A DNA stretch of 64,000 bases, from the NCBI RefSeq assembly GCF_964204865.1, contig NC_135252.1:1178001-1242000 (forward strand). Reading direction: 5' to 3'. Below are positions 36,101-49,889 of the stretch, in pieces (position 1 is the stretch's first letter; each line of letters opens with the position of its first letter). A program made the translations under genes and the position numbers. This stretch comes from Styela clava. Taxonomy: Eukaryota. The notes below the pieces were generated by a model. That model saw only the letters and a list, made by a program, of their open reading frames with translations, was not told the DNA's origin and made no database searches.

Positions 36101-39100
36101 TGAGAAGCATTAAAATTAATACCTGCATCATTATTGTACCAGTATCACATCTTGTACCGTCATCTCCACTTGAATTAGACATTGTTAGATTATTCATAAC
36201 AGCAACATGTTGAGGAAAATTTGTCGGTGTTGATGTGACAGGAGCGGACGTCAGTCTATTCAAAATAACACTAGGCGTTCAATGTAGTTGAAGCGTTAGA
36301 TTTAACTACATCCCAACTCAACCAGGGTGTAATAAATTGGTTAGGCAATTCTAAACAGGAAAGACTTCTGTCGTCCCAAACTATGGTAGCTATCTACCTA
36401 GCAGTTGTTTAGAGCCTCTTTCTACGCAAAATGCATCAAATAAATAAAGAAAATACTGACATGAAACTGAATGATAGTGATTGACTTACTATTTCTTTAT
36501 TTCACTAATAAATCTTTATTTATGTTTCTAGTGGTTAGTTGAATCTCAATAGAGTATAGATGAGAACTAAGGGTTAATTATTTAAATAAAACGCCAAAAA
36601 CCTTTTGGATAAGGGAGAGTGAAGACAGGAAATTATAACTGTGACTGTGAGTGCTCAAGATGGACTGTTTATAGTCATAACTAATCAGAATCTTCCGTAA
36701 TTAGAAACTATTGCCAATTATCACAAACATCTCTGTGTAAATCTGTTTACCTTTGCTGGGCATCATCTGTTGATATTTGCGTAAAATGGATGTTATCGAG
36801 ATTCAGTTCCGTTGGTATTACGGGCTGGTGTCGCTGGTTGTTAACAGGAGTACGAGATGGCACAAACACAGTCAAGGCCTGGTTTGTTCGTGTGTTTACT
36901 CCTGATGTTTCGACTTGAGCAGGAGTAGGCTGAATATGTAGTACAATAAAAGTGCATGAGAGATATTAAAGTACCTAATCATCAAGATCTGACACAGTAT
37001 TTCCGTGCCATAACTGCCATTTAGGGGGATATCTATACTGGAATATTGTGACATTTGACATATAAAATTTTTATTTAAAAAATTTTTAAATAAGCTTTGT
37101 TAACAATGAAGACATTATCTAAGCCAAAATGAACTTAAATGTGATATAAATCATGATTTCATAGGAAACAAAAAATCCTTATATAAGCGATATTAATAAG
37201 AAACATTTTGCGTAGTGATTAACTCACAGTTTCAACAGGTGTTGTATCAACTTCCACTCTAGTATCAGATTGTGGAGGATCTTGTGAAACTAAGGATAAT
37301 GTTGTATATGACATCGGTGAATTAGATCTTGCGCCACCAGAACCTCCACCACCATTGTCCGTTGTGTTTGTTGATTCTTAAAAATGTAATCAGTCAGAAT
37401 AAATATTGATCAAAGCTAAATATGGGAATAAGTAATTTATCATTATATGGTTTTTCATTTATTTCCCTTCATCCAGAAACACTAATTATTCCTACTATTT
37501 TTATGTACAGTGTGTTTTGTTGGAAGTCAGAAATTCAGACAAAACACTTTACCGTTGATTGAAAATTCACTGGTTAACCGTAGTTGGTTTATCATAGGCT
37601 CTACATTAGTGGTTCCCAAATTTGGTTGACCAGGGGCCAAAATTAGAAGCGGAATGATATTTTTGGGCTGAGAGAGGGGAGCCGAGACCGATACATATAA
37701 TTAAGATACTGATATAATTGAATTGTCACGGATGATATATACAAATGTTTAAACTGTGATAATGACTTAACAATTGGCGGTATCCACAATGCAAAAAGGT
37801 AAAAACAAAGTGTTTAACTGTTTCACTTTAGTTTGGCGGGCCATATTAAATTGTTACGCGGGTCGTAATTGACCCGCTGTTTGGGAACCACTGCATTATT
37901 ACACGAAATAATGTTACCTCAATTTGTATATAATATGGTAGACCTATCTTGATTTTTTTGATTGTTTGGGTATTGCTCAAAATTTCAACAGATCAAAATA
38001 AATAGTATCTCTGCTAAGTCTTATACAAAAGAGATGGAGTGTATTGTATACTGTAGTTCAGTGCTATTATAAATCGCTGATCAAGGCACCTACCGGCACC
38101 AAGCTGTACAGCAGTTGCAGGTGTTGGTTCAGGTTTGACATGAGAGGCGATTGGAATCACCCCAGTTGTTACAAACGGTCCTTTACCAACTTGCACCTGG
38201 GCCCATTGTTGCTGACTTGAGTTCCATAAGTTTGGATCAACAGGTCTAGAAATAAACGGAAATAGCTGAAAAGTATGACATATTTACAACATGATGCCTT
38301 ACATAAGTTGGAGAGAAAGATTACCGATTATTTACTCACCGTGACTATATCATGAAGTAACAGCGAAGACACTCTTCAGTATTGCTTTATTTTCAGTAAT
38401 TATTTCATTATATTCGCTATATCAGATATCATGAATGCTGCTGATATATACCTTAAACCTCTAAAGTCCAAACTTAATGTTTTTATCAATTGAACCGGAT
38501 TTTTTAAAATACATTTTTCAAAAACTTAGTGGCAACAATTTGGTACAATACAGTGATACAAAATTTAGCATAACACAATACATAGAAAGATTAGTCAACA
38601 TTCAGAAAAAAACGGGAAATATGTTTAAAATATGCTGCACAAATTCTACTGGGTGAACACTGCAGAGAATCTTATTAATCAAACCAGTAGCGAGATTTTT
38701 ACAATTCAATTCACTCATTTTAATAAATGTGTATCTTGAGACTTACTGATAAGCACCATATCCTTGTACAAGATTCACAACCACTTGTGGCACAGATGAT
38801 ACCGGCAGCGTCACTGATGTTTGACCTGATGTAGAAATTTGTTGCTGTCCATAGGGATTCCATGCAACGACAGCGGTCTAAATTTATTATGCATCTTATG
38901 GGAAATCAAAATTTACTGAACAAATTAGATACAGTTTACCTATATAAAATGTGATAAATTTGACCAGTTTACCAAAAATTTAAAACTCTACAATCTTGTT
39001 GGTTTTTACAGATAATATTAGTAAAAAAGAATTACATCATCTCCAGTCATCAACTTTGCCTTTTTAGACGAGTTTCTCGCGTTGATTGTTTTTGTGCTCG

Positions 39101-42100
39101 CATTTCCAGGATTCTCCCGAATTTCAAAAGGTTTCGGTGCTGGCACTAAACATAAATATAATGTAAACATGTTATTACATAAAATAAAAGTATAGCAGCA
39201 ATGCAAATATTTCAATAAGTGATTAAAATTAAACTTTTTTCAGAATGAATAATTTAGGATATTTTCATATGCTGATATAATTTCTGGCAAATTTATGATT
39301 TTAAATTTTTTTATACATTCCATATTACAAATATACTTTACTAATTTTAAAATAAGCATCTCAGGTAGCTAACTTGGCAGTGAAAGTTAATAATTATCTG
39401 AAAGGTTGAATCATATCTGGGCAACTAACCAACAGTTCCTTTTCCAGTGTTATCTCCGCTAGTCTGAATGATTGCTTCTTTAGGACTTGATTTTACAATG
39501 CTGTTTACTTTGGGCTGAGTAAGAAAAAATGAAATAAATTGTACAGAGCAATACGTTAATATTATCCTACTGCATAGTACATCATATAAATGACCATTCT
39601 GGAGTGAGAATTTTCTAAGGGCGATGATGATAAAATATTTTCGTCAAACAATTCGTGAATGGGGACCAAATTGTAATTACCACTAATACACAGATAAATA
39701 ACCAAAGAACACAATTTTAACAAACTGAATGTTATAAAATGATGAATTTTCGGCCAAGTTTATTCGGGCTTGAAAAACAAATTTACATAAAAAATAGTCA
39801 ATAACCATCAATGCTGCTTAAATTATCAACAAAATACCATTATCCCTTGTTTCATCATTTAGAACAGTCTTGAACAAATCATCATAGCAACTGTCGGGAA
39901 AATTTTATTTTCAATTATAAGTACTGAAAATTAAATAAATTGGGATTGTTTCAATTTATGTCTTACATTCATACGAAGGAAAGCACCTTCTATTTGCTTT
40001 GAATCATGACAAATTCAATTAGTAGGCAATGTATAATGAAATCATTGTAGAGGTTGAGAATGATCCTACATTCATTGATTCTCATCCGTGACACCAGTTT
40101 ACCTGATGTCCAGTTTACCTGGGTGTTCGTAGTTGAAATAATAGTGGAAGTAGAAAGTTGAGCAGCGACCAAATTTCCTGGAGCTTGAATGGAAGAAGGA
40201 GCAGCAGGAACATCCTGCAGAACAATGATATTCCCATTACTGTTCACGTCAGTAGGATTTGCAATTGCCATGTCCTGAAGTGCGCAAATATACTGGTAAA
40301 TTTAAGCTTAAAGACGACTCATACAAAAATATGTACAAAAATGAATCTTAACATTTCTTTTGCTTTGTTTAAATGCATTGATTTTGGCTCAACTTTTACT
40401 GCAACAAAATGAAATTCAACAACTGATGCGCACTATTTCTATAATTTCCCTGAAACTGCAACAAACATAAGACGTACTTTCAGCTACAAAAACTACCTCT
40501 TGTTATCCTTGTCCTGATTATCCTTGAATATTCATTAGTTTCATTATGAAATCAAAACATACCGTAATATATATTTTTTACAATGCAATCAGACAATATG
40601 ACTCTGAAATTCTGACAACACCAAAAAAAGGGGTGAACTAATTTTGTTTCAGTATTCAATTTGTCCAAAAACCATTATAACAAAATTAAATAAGCATAAA
40701 ATATCAGACCTCAGATTCAGATGCTGGAACAGCAGATGCTTTTGGATGAGCAGTGACAGTGAGTGTTTGCTGGCAATAAGCATTACATCGATTGATAATA
40801 TCAGGAAGACCGAGGTACACAGCAGTCATCCATGTGTTTGTCACTGTTGTTGGTTCAAGGCGGAGAACTCCAGTATAGAAGTATTCCAGTACGATCTGAT
40901 ATACAAATTTGCACAATTTATGTTAAACTTACTTAGATAACAAATAGACTCTTTGATAAAACTTGCGTATTGCAATAACATTTATTAAAGTTTAATTATC
41001 GCTCTGTGGCAATATTTTTCTAATATCAATCAGAATACTGTAGCAAAAAAGTATATTTATATCTCCATACTATCTGAAACCAGTAAAGCAGCAAGAAATA
41101 CAAATATATAAATTTGACAGAATCAAAATAGGATAAAACTATGCAATTGGTCTCGGCATATAGAAAAGTTCTAGCATGTGATTAGAACATTTACAAAATA
41201 CAATCACTGAGTCTCAAGATTTGTTGAACAGCTAAATAGTCAACAGATTTGAGTTCATTATAAAATGATTGGAAAGAATATAGACTCAGGACTAGTGATC
41301 ACTGTTCCTTGAAAGTGTTGAATAACTAAATAAAATCAATATTATATCTTCTAAAATAAATATAACATGAATTACCTCAAATCCAACAGGACTCACACCA
41401 TGAATTTCAATCTCGATATCATGACTTGTATTATCTTCATCAGTTGCATCCTGAAATTAAGAAAAAATATCAGAAATTTGATAAAACTTCCTGAATCAAA
41501 TAGTTGAAGCTTCATCATCTTTAATTTAACAATCTCTCTTCCCAAGCAAAACCTAATAAATATGATCATGCATAGGCCAGTTTAATTCAATATTCTGAAG
41601 CATCTTTTGTTATATACCTGTATACCGTAAAATAAAATGCTACAAAAGTGTGTTTATTATTATGCAGTACATTGTGTTGTGCTGTGAATTTTTGCGATGG
41701 TACAGCAGGAGCCCATAGTATTTTCTGGTGCAGTAGCTGAAGGACCCCTCTATGTGTTGCTCGAGTCACTTATTGTAACACTGTAAATCCATGCCAATAG
41801 TGTGCATATTGTATGTGACACTACAGGACGTGACACTACAGGACATTTTCCCACTTCGGAACGGCGGCCTCTATCATCTCTTAAAATTCTGGTAACAAAT
41901 CGTTAAATGGGTGAAGAAATGTCCTACAGCACTGCAGACATTTTAACTTTATTAACTTAAGTCCAGTGCGTCTATTTCATATGAAATAACTGTATAACAC
42001 AATCAAACACTTTGTGTCACGAATCATCACAAAATATCTCAATTATACCAAAATTTCTACATCTCTGGCCATTTTTTATAAACCATCAAAATCCTGGGTA

Positions 42101-45100
42101 AAATTGTAACTTTTTCGGTGAAATGAATGTCCAAAAAATTCCAATGTCATTTGATATAAAAAATAAAAAAAATTACTTTCACGACACTTTTAAAAAAATT
42201 GATGGAATTCAACTTTTGCTTGGAATGGCCCAAATAATAACATCATTTGCTCATTTTTGACTATGCTGAGTCATTACAGCATTACTAGAAATTCCATTAC
42301 AATCGAGCCATTCAATGTTGGTTCCTTTTCTGACATGCAGACGTGAGGAATGATCCAATTTTTTTTTGTGCACCACGGAATTTGATTTGTGACTTGTCAG
42401 AAATGAATCCTAATTATGAGCTATGAATTTTTCACAAATGTGAATGTTATTCACCAGGGGTGGCCAACCTGCTCTCGATCGACTTATCGGTAAAAAGGTC
42501 CTACACAAAGAAGAATAGGCACTGAATGTGCAGATAACTGCACACACGCATACAAAAAATTCCATCGCTGCCAATGGGAAGGCTTTGCGGGCACATTATT
42601 ATTAAAATCCATACAAAATTTATATTTTTTATGTTTCATTTAAGTTGTTGATTTGATTATTTAATTGTTGTAAATGTTCATTATTTATTTAAGACTTATT
42701 TAAATCATACAATTCAGATATAAGGGCCGCCTAAATTTTAGTCGTAAGTGTTGAAAATTCTTCAAGAAACCATCCATGTATTATCCAAACAGCGAAAATT
42801 AAATATTCTCGAACCATGAATGTTACATGACTGCCCAAACTTCAGTATCTAATTTACAATTTCCTCCAAACGCGATTCTTCACTTGCTTAGATTGGAACA
42901 AATCGGGCATTTTGCCACTGTTACCATTGCGAATAAAATTTATCACACTAATCTTGGAGTGAGACAATAACTCTCGAATATTGCGGAAGGTATTGTAGGA
43001 TCGTTTGTCAATCTAAACAGCGGCAGCGGGAAAACTTGCATTTGTTACGGAATAATATTCTTTGTCTGCTTGCCCAGACTCAAATACTGTATGTGTATAT
43101 TGTATTTTGCGCATGTTAAGTACTGTATTCACTCACTGACTCAACATCGCGCTATCTCAACTGTTATATACTGACTAAGCAATTGATAAGATTTATGATG
43201 ATAATACACAGACTAAATGACAAATGTTTAGTCATCGATGAAAAGATAAATGATATTTTAATCTTCAGAATGTCACATCAGCGATACAGTAAATAAGCTG
43301 CCAAAAATTGAGCGAAATTGAGGCTGAATTGAAGCATACACTGATACGATTATAAATTTCAATCAATAAGACGTACCAAAATTAATGCATCAAGCTGGTC
43401 GCTGTTTGCAGAAAGAACACATTTATGAGCAAGGAATCTTTGTTCCACAACGCAGACACAAACGTCGCAGTATTTTCCTGATGCACGCTGCTGTGATAAG
43501 TGCGTGACCTGGAAATGCAAAAAATTATGATGTCAGTAGTAGAGATGTACCGATACCACTTTTGTCGCCGATACCGATCAGATGCCATCTTAAAACGCCG
43601 ATACCGATACGCCGATACCGATACTACAAAAAGGCCAATATTTCCGATATTCCGATACTATGTAATTATTACTTAATTAGGTATGCTGTGTAGGGCAGAC
43701 GGGTTAAAACAATGGTCTTTGAGCGTTGTTCATAGTACTTATTATTTCAGATCGAAAAAAAAAATATATCACATAATATGAAATTAATGTTTGGTATCCA
43801 TATGCTGTAACTGATTAAGATACATTGTACAGTAACGCTAGTAATCTCAGTGTTCAATTAGAAAACTCATAAGCCGGGATGTCCAATTTGAATTTAATGT
43901 TAATATCGCGAGCTTCGAATATCGTTATTCGTGTTTAAAAGAATATAGAATATCACCCACACATTCTAGCGCCGCCGTCCTACGTTCAAATTAAAAGCAT
44001 TTTACAAATATTTTATTTAGTGGCTAATCGTAATCGTCGACGCAATAAGTCAAAGCCAACATGAAAGAATATCAATCAGCACTGACAAAAAGAAGGCCCA
44101 CCGATAACCGTTGAGGATGTTTTTTTACTTCACTATTTTATAATATTTTACAATTGCTATCATATATTTTGAGACAGTCTAGGGCTAGGCGGTCAAGTCA
44201 ATATATCTATAAAGAAATCGAGTAGTTAAGCAGAATTAAAATTAATACCTGTGTAGTGGGATAATTGTGTCGGAATTTAGTTTATCGATGTCGACGGACT
44301 AAATGACACTCGTACTTGATGACCAACAGTCAGAATTTATACCCGTGCCAAAAGTCCATGTGCCGTTAATAAGGAAGGACCCCAATTCCACTGTATGATT
44401 TAAAACTGGGCGCCTAGTTGCTTTTTGTTATGTGCTGTGTTGATATATTTCTTCATAAAAACTATGTAATATTAAAAATGTCAATATAAAAATTTGACAG
44501 CGAAAATAGCCAAATTAGTTGAGCTAGTTTAGCTGATAAATAGCTAAAAACACGTGAATCCTATTCTCTCGCGGGGGTGGGGACATGTATGGCTCATAGC
44601 TCACGATCTCTCCATACAAAAATAAATTAAAAAGTAGTATACCAACTTATCTTTTAAAACATTCTGGACCATATCAAAAAGGTAAATATATCGGGAATAT
44701 CGGCCTTAATCTAACCGATACCGATACATGGCCGATACCGAAAAATGGCCGATACCGATACATCTCTAGTCAGTAGTACTTATTTAAGTATGCAGCTGAT
44801 ACCAGTACAAATTCTGAACTTGCAATGAGAAACGGTAAATATGTAAACTGCCCAAGAACTTACCAGCCTAGCAGCATGTTCATGGTCCACAGCAGTCATT
44901 TCCTATTTGTTTAGGAGCTTAAATTCAATATAGTATAACGATATTCGGCTAACAAACGACCCCAGCGACCAGGCCCTCTAATATCAAACTAAAAACGAAG
45001 ATCAAGGAGGAGTAACGATAAAACGGGAGACTTCCCTAGTTTTTGGATGTTTACTCCAGAGGCGACCCTGATGCTGGTACCGGAGTCAAGTCTTACTATC

Positions 45101-45117
45101 CGACGGCGTTCGGTCAT
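33161..45117 (-). CDS. BTB/POZ-domain nuclear protein (ZBTB/NACC-type BTB, no C2H2 fingers; basic helical C-terminal domain), about 20 exons
   Basis: BTB exons 44902-44864 (HAARL), 43508-43377 (LSQQRASGKYCDV..FLAHKCVLSANS), 41450-41376 and 40895-40710 (IVLEYFYTG..AVYLGL..C). Low-complexity S/T/Q/P exons ~40274-35372 (KRKRK NLS-like), then exons ~34350-33161. Start is either ATG 45117 (tentative first exon) or ATG 44899. Confidence 0.85.
34820..35335. mobile_element. hAT Charlie-type MITE
   Basis: TIR CAGGGGTTCTCAACCT...AGGTTAAGAACCCCTG; perfect TSD CTCTAGAA. Confidence 0.92.
35932..36041. mobile_element. 110-bp palindromic MITE, second copy
   Basis: Same family as 21395-21504; TSD CATTTATC/CAGTTATC. 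Confidence 0.85.
37608..37893. mobile_element. hAT Charlie-type MITE
   Basis: TAGTGGTTCCCAAA...TTTGGGAACCACTG termini. Confidence 0.7.
42454..43130. mobile_element. Truncated hAT-family repeat (inverted relative of 17862-20189)
   Basis: CAGGGGTGGCCAACCT terminus; matches the reverse complement of ~19680-20189 and of the sequence flanking the solo LTR. Confidence 0.7.
43540..44768. mobile_element. Non-autonomous hAT (Ac-like) filling most of a BTB-gene intron
   Basis: TAGAGATG...CATCTCTA termini, ccgata subterminal repeats and perfect TSD GTCAGTAG. Confidence 0.92.
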
Positions 45118-45789
45118 TTTTATCCGTAATATTCAGGTATCAATGTGTCAATCATGATATGTTCGCAATGCTCACAAGCTGAAATCATGTTGAGAGATCA
45201 TCACATTGTATTTTTTCTTTATATTCTGTGTCAGAAAGTGAAATTGCCCATATAGTACTTTTTGGAATGGTAGGATTTCATATTTACTTCGAGGGACAGG
45301 AAAGTTGATTGTTTGTCTTAATCGTCCGGCGTACGATCAGCGGCGTGCCAATATTTTATTCTGCACAGGGCGAGTTTTTGATAATGATGCCCCTTGTACA
45401 TAACTTCAAATATGATTCGGAAGATAAATAAATTGCAGATGTTGTTACCTTGTTATACATTTAATGTCATTGATGGGAGTGAATAAATTAAAGATCAAGT
45501 GAGAGTGAAATGGTTGTATTATTTATCAAATCATCAAACTAGGCAACAAATCCACATGTCTAAGATCAGACTCTTTTATTAATAACAAAAAGCGAGTCAC
45601 CTGCTTTGATGTCTAATCGCAATAATCGTAGCACCGATATCGAACATAACCAATTAATTAGCATAGTGAACGCGCGAGTAGTGCGCGTGAGTGACAATAT
45701 CGTCATAATCGATTGCGTTAAATCTACAACTTGGATATGCTGGCCCCTATAGCTTGCTACCTTCCATGCCCGCCCCTGCGGCTTTTTGC

Positions 45790-46397
45790 CCGGCGAGATG
45801 TATCATGCTAAGTGTTAGGAATACGCTTACCGCCGCATTTCCGATTACCCTGCGTGGGTTCGCAGGTTAGAATCCCGTTGGGGGTATTTATGAGCGAGAG
45901 GATTGCTGGACTGATCCTCGCCGCAGGGTGGTTCAAGTTACCGCTGGTCGGTTACGGCTCCGTCCTCCATCAAGTCCATGCATTTGAAACAAATAACTGA
46001 TAATCCCATACCCGACATCAATGTTCTCTCTAATTTTTCGTAGTATGTGTGCGCAGAAATTTTGGTGTGTGCGCACTTTTTTGGAAATGACTAATATTTG
46101 TGCAAAAACCAATGGAGAAATTTTGGCGTTCTAACCGGGTAATGGGTGGGCCAACAACAAACTTTCTCAACCTGCCAACCGAGAACATTGTTACATTACA
46201 TCGAAATACGTCTGTGCGCAGTAAATCTATGCGTGTGCGCAGCCCCTGAAAGCTGTGTGCGCGCGCACACGCGCACACCTTAGAGGGAACACTGCCCGAC
46301 ATGGACTGGTAACCGAAGGAGAGGCCGTGATTCGCCATAAGATAATGCCGTATCATTCAGCCTTCCTCTCCTTCATGATAAATATGTAAATCCTATC
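45790..46397 (+). mobile_element. tRNA-derived SINE interrupted by a MITE
   Basis: B-box-like GGTTAGAATCCC; body shared with the copies at 51165-51502 and 62440-62728; tail aaatatgtaaatcctatcc. A fragmented inverted copy lies at ~46400-46840. Confidence 0.8.
46019..46294. mobile_element. hAT-type MITE inside the SINE
   Basis: CAATGTTCTCTCTAA...TTAGAGGGAACACTG; perfect TSD CCCGACAT; tgtgcgc repeats. Confidence 0.9.
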
Positions 46398-46871
46398 CGA
46401 TTTGCCAGGTATTTGTTTCGGGTGCCTGGACTTGGTGGTGGAGAAAGCCGTAACCGACCAGCGGTGACGTGAACCACCGAACGGCGGCTAGGTAGGCTAA
46501 TCCGTATTTTATTTTATTACCGTGTTGAAAAAGCACTCTCGAAATACAGATTTCAATAATATATATATAAAATTGCATTTCAGGGTGGAGGAAGACACGG
46601 AAACCAATATTGGTTTGGCTTTGTAACACTGTAAATATTGTCCATAAAATGTAACTTTTTACGTCACACTTACATGGCCCGCCAGACTAGGTGGGCAAAA
46701 TTTTTGGCACCTGTTCCAAAAACCTTGCTCTAGAATATAATTATCCCCACGGGTTTCAGACCTGCAGATTCAAGCAAGGTAATCAGAAAAGCGATGGCGA
46801 GCGTATTCCTGACGCTTAGCACGATGCGCCACACCGCCGATCTTATTTTAAAGTTTTGCAACTTTATAGTA

Positions 46872-48667
46872 CAGTGGTTCCCAACCGGTGGGAAATTTAC
46901 CACTAGTGGGAAATTTGGAGGTTGCCGGTGGGAAATAGAATGCTCATCTAAAAATGTACGCACAACAACACAATTATTAAATATTACACAATGAAAGTCA
47001 CAATATATGCCATAGAGCGGAAAAAGATTCTCATTCAATTAATGAAGCTTTAGTAAAATATCACGTTGTTGGGCATGATATTCTGATCGTAGTACGAAAC
47101 TGATTTTAATTTTTGGTCGGCCGATAACAACCTCACAGGCATGTCTCGAACGAGCACCAATGCTACGTTACGCATGCAGATTTTCATTGCAGATCCGCAA
47201 AAGAGAACAGTTGTTATTCAAATTTTTCAGAGATATTGGGTAGGCACGCGCTCTGATGAACAAATATTTGACCCGTCCCTCCATTCTGCTAAATTGTTAA
47301 TAAAAGGTAATGGCTTATGTAAAAATATAGTACGATCATAGTCATCTCGGCTACGTTTCACGTTTTCAACGATATTCTGCCGAATAAATTTGCGGCGTCA
47401 AAGATGACGGATCTCCTTGTCCAATAGCAATGCGCATTTTCAAAAATAGATTCATACTTCCGGTCTGTCATATAAAAAACAGCAGAATTGATATGGACGG
47501 TGTAATGTAACGTAAACTTTGATGCGTTTTTTGTAATTTTAAGCGTTGAATTGTTCTATTCCAGGGATGGCAAACCTTTTTCAATGGATGGGTCAAAAAT
47601 TATATTTTTATCGCGTAACAGAAGAGAGTGGGTCACAGTTACTTAATCAATGTTTGTATCTACAATTATGAAACTTCTGGAACAAATCTTATAAATTTTG
47701 TTGGCGTTGGTGTAGTTTTGGGCTTTACTTATGCAACGCTTCTAACAGGGAGTTTATGTGGCACTCGATTTTATGAAATTAGAGTATAAAAACACCCATA
47801 TGAATTACCAAAAACGTTTATGATGATGCGGCAAACTATTTTAAGGTTCCAGTGTTTGGAGGGAACTCTAATAGTGTTATATATATTTTTTGATCAGCTT
47901 TCAGCCACATTAACCCACTTTTACACTCCCCCATTGTTATTTTAGATTTCTAGGTTTTTATTTAAGGTCTGAAATATTATGTTTTCTCAATGGCATTGCA
48001 GGCGAGAAACTAATAAAATGCAAAGTAGCATCTAGTTCTCGTATAACCCCTAAAACAGTATACAGATGCACTTCCGAAAGAGACAAGACGTCGCGAGAAA
48101 TGAACATTTTAATTGCATTGTTATTTCATAAACGATGTAAGAGCCAATAAATGAATAACGGTACACAGCAGTGCAGACATTGAGACATGCGTTCATTTGA
48201 ATCCACATTTGAATATGAGCGATCTCAGTCCTACTGCCCAACTGACGGTGAATTATTTATAATAGTTTAGTTATTGTTAAATTAATTTAAGGCCGGTTTT
48301 ATAAATTTTTATCACTGATATGTTAGCACTTTTTAAATTTTATTCGTACCTTGGTGGGTCACGGATAAAACGCGGTGGGTCACTTTGTGATCCGCGGGTC
48401 TGTGGTTCGCCATCCCTGTTCTTTTCGATGGGTAACACTGATTTTCTTTACTCGGATCGTCACTGTCTTGAGATGCTAGACGGCGCAATGAATGTTTTCA
48501 CTGGGTTTCAACCTCTACACAAATTGAAAGCTTTTATCATAGAAAGTCATACCAAATATTATTGACATGAAAATTATTCTTTTTAAAATAAGTCCATATG
48601 TAATGGGAAATAACAGCTCAGCCTAATCGGAAGTGGGAAATTGAGATAAAAAGGTTCGGAACCCCTG
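46872..48667. mobile_element. hAT Charlie-type non-autonomous element
   Basis: CAGTGGTTCCCAACC...GGTTCGGAACCCCTG; TSD TTATAGTA/TTCTAGTA. Confidence 0.8.
47562..48418. mobile_element. Nested hAT MITE
   Basis: CAGGGATGGCAAACC...GGTTCGCCATCCCTG; TSD TTCTATTC/TTCTTTTC. Confidence 0.85.
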
Positions 48668-48957
48668 TTCTAGTACCTTCCGTCGTATGTGTTTGTTCTG
48701 TATATTTCAGTCTTTCAGATTCAGATATTTATTTCGTCGTGCAGGAAGTATTGTAACGACACAATTAAACAAATATAATAATAAAAGATCAATTTCATTA
48801 AACGGATATACAATATTTCCGCAACTGTTATTAAGTTATTAAACGCGAAATTGACCTATGGATAGCTTTGTTATTTTGTTGTTGATCATCACGTTAGTAT
48901 TTCTTATCGTTTTCTTTTTTTTCATTATCTATACATAATACAGTACATATAGACTAA

Positions 48958-49885
48958 AGAGGATTTGCACCGATCACGTGACTTTGTTTACACCGCCCTT
49001 TTGGACGGCAAAAAAAACGTCCAGACCCTGCTCTTGCCAGTTGCAAGTCGCGTTATTCGATTCCGTTTTGTTGGGCTGCAAAAATGGTTAATTCGTATTG
49101 TGCCCTACGTATAAACAACAAAATAGATCTTCAGTTATATTCCATTGTTATCGAAATATCCGGAACGTCGCGCAAGGTGGATATCATCTATTGAGAGAAC
49201 TGGTTAGTGTCCCAGCCATCTCGCTCGTGTTTGGGAACAGCACTTCGTTGGTGGTGGATGATGATGTGCCGTTATTGATTTATTTAAATATTCCTAAGCT
49301 CCGTCATTTTAATGGCAAACATATGACAAACTACCGTTATTGGTAGGCATATTTGCGTTTCAAATTGGTAGGAAATCTTCCTCAATGGTCAGCAGACATT
49401 GTTTCGTTAGTTGGCATGTAATATATTAATAAGCGTGAAAAGTTAATTAGATCAAGTGGTCAAATGGAAACCCAAGTACGCCTAGGGCCCTAGGCCTGGA
49501 CCAGACTAAAATTTCCAATGCGGAGCTAATGAATATTTGAAGAAATTGATAACGGCACATTATCACTCACCCCCAACGGAGTGCTGTCCGCAAACACAGG
49601 CGAGATGACTTGGACATCAAGCACTCCTGCTAATAGATGATATCCGCCTTGTTCGACGTTCCGAATCTATTGGAAACTTATGAAATATAACTGGAGATCC
49701 ATGTCGTTACCTATAGGCTACGTACAGTCAAACGGCACAATACGAAATAACCATTTTAACAGCTGAGCAAAACGGAAACGAATAACGCGACCTGCAACTG
49801 ACAGAAGTGAGGTTTGGACGTTTTTGTTTTTTTGCCTTCCAAAATGGCGGCGTAAACAAAGTCACGTGATCCGTTCAAGTCCTCT
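48958..49885. mobile_element. Foldback element with long inverted arms (PIF/Harbinger/ISL2EU-like termini)
   Basis: AGAGG..GATCACGTGACTTTGTTTAC mirrors GTAAACAAAGTCACGTGATC..CCTCT. Inverted similarity continues inward to about 49305 and 49515. Confidence 0.8.
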
Positions 49886-49889
49886 ATAT

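Noticed and set aside
38339-38385. Extra BTB-gene exon at a strong GTGAGT donor
   Set aside because: Candidate acceptors give a frameshift or a stop, and the flanking exons already join in phase.
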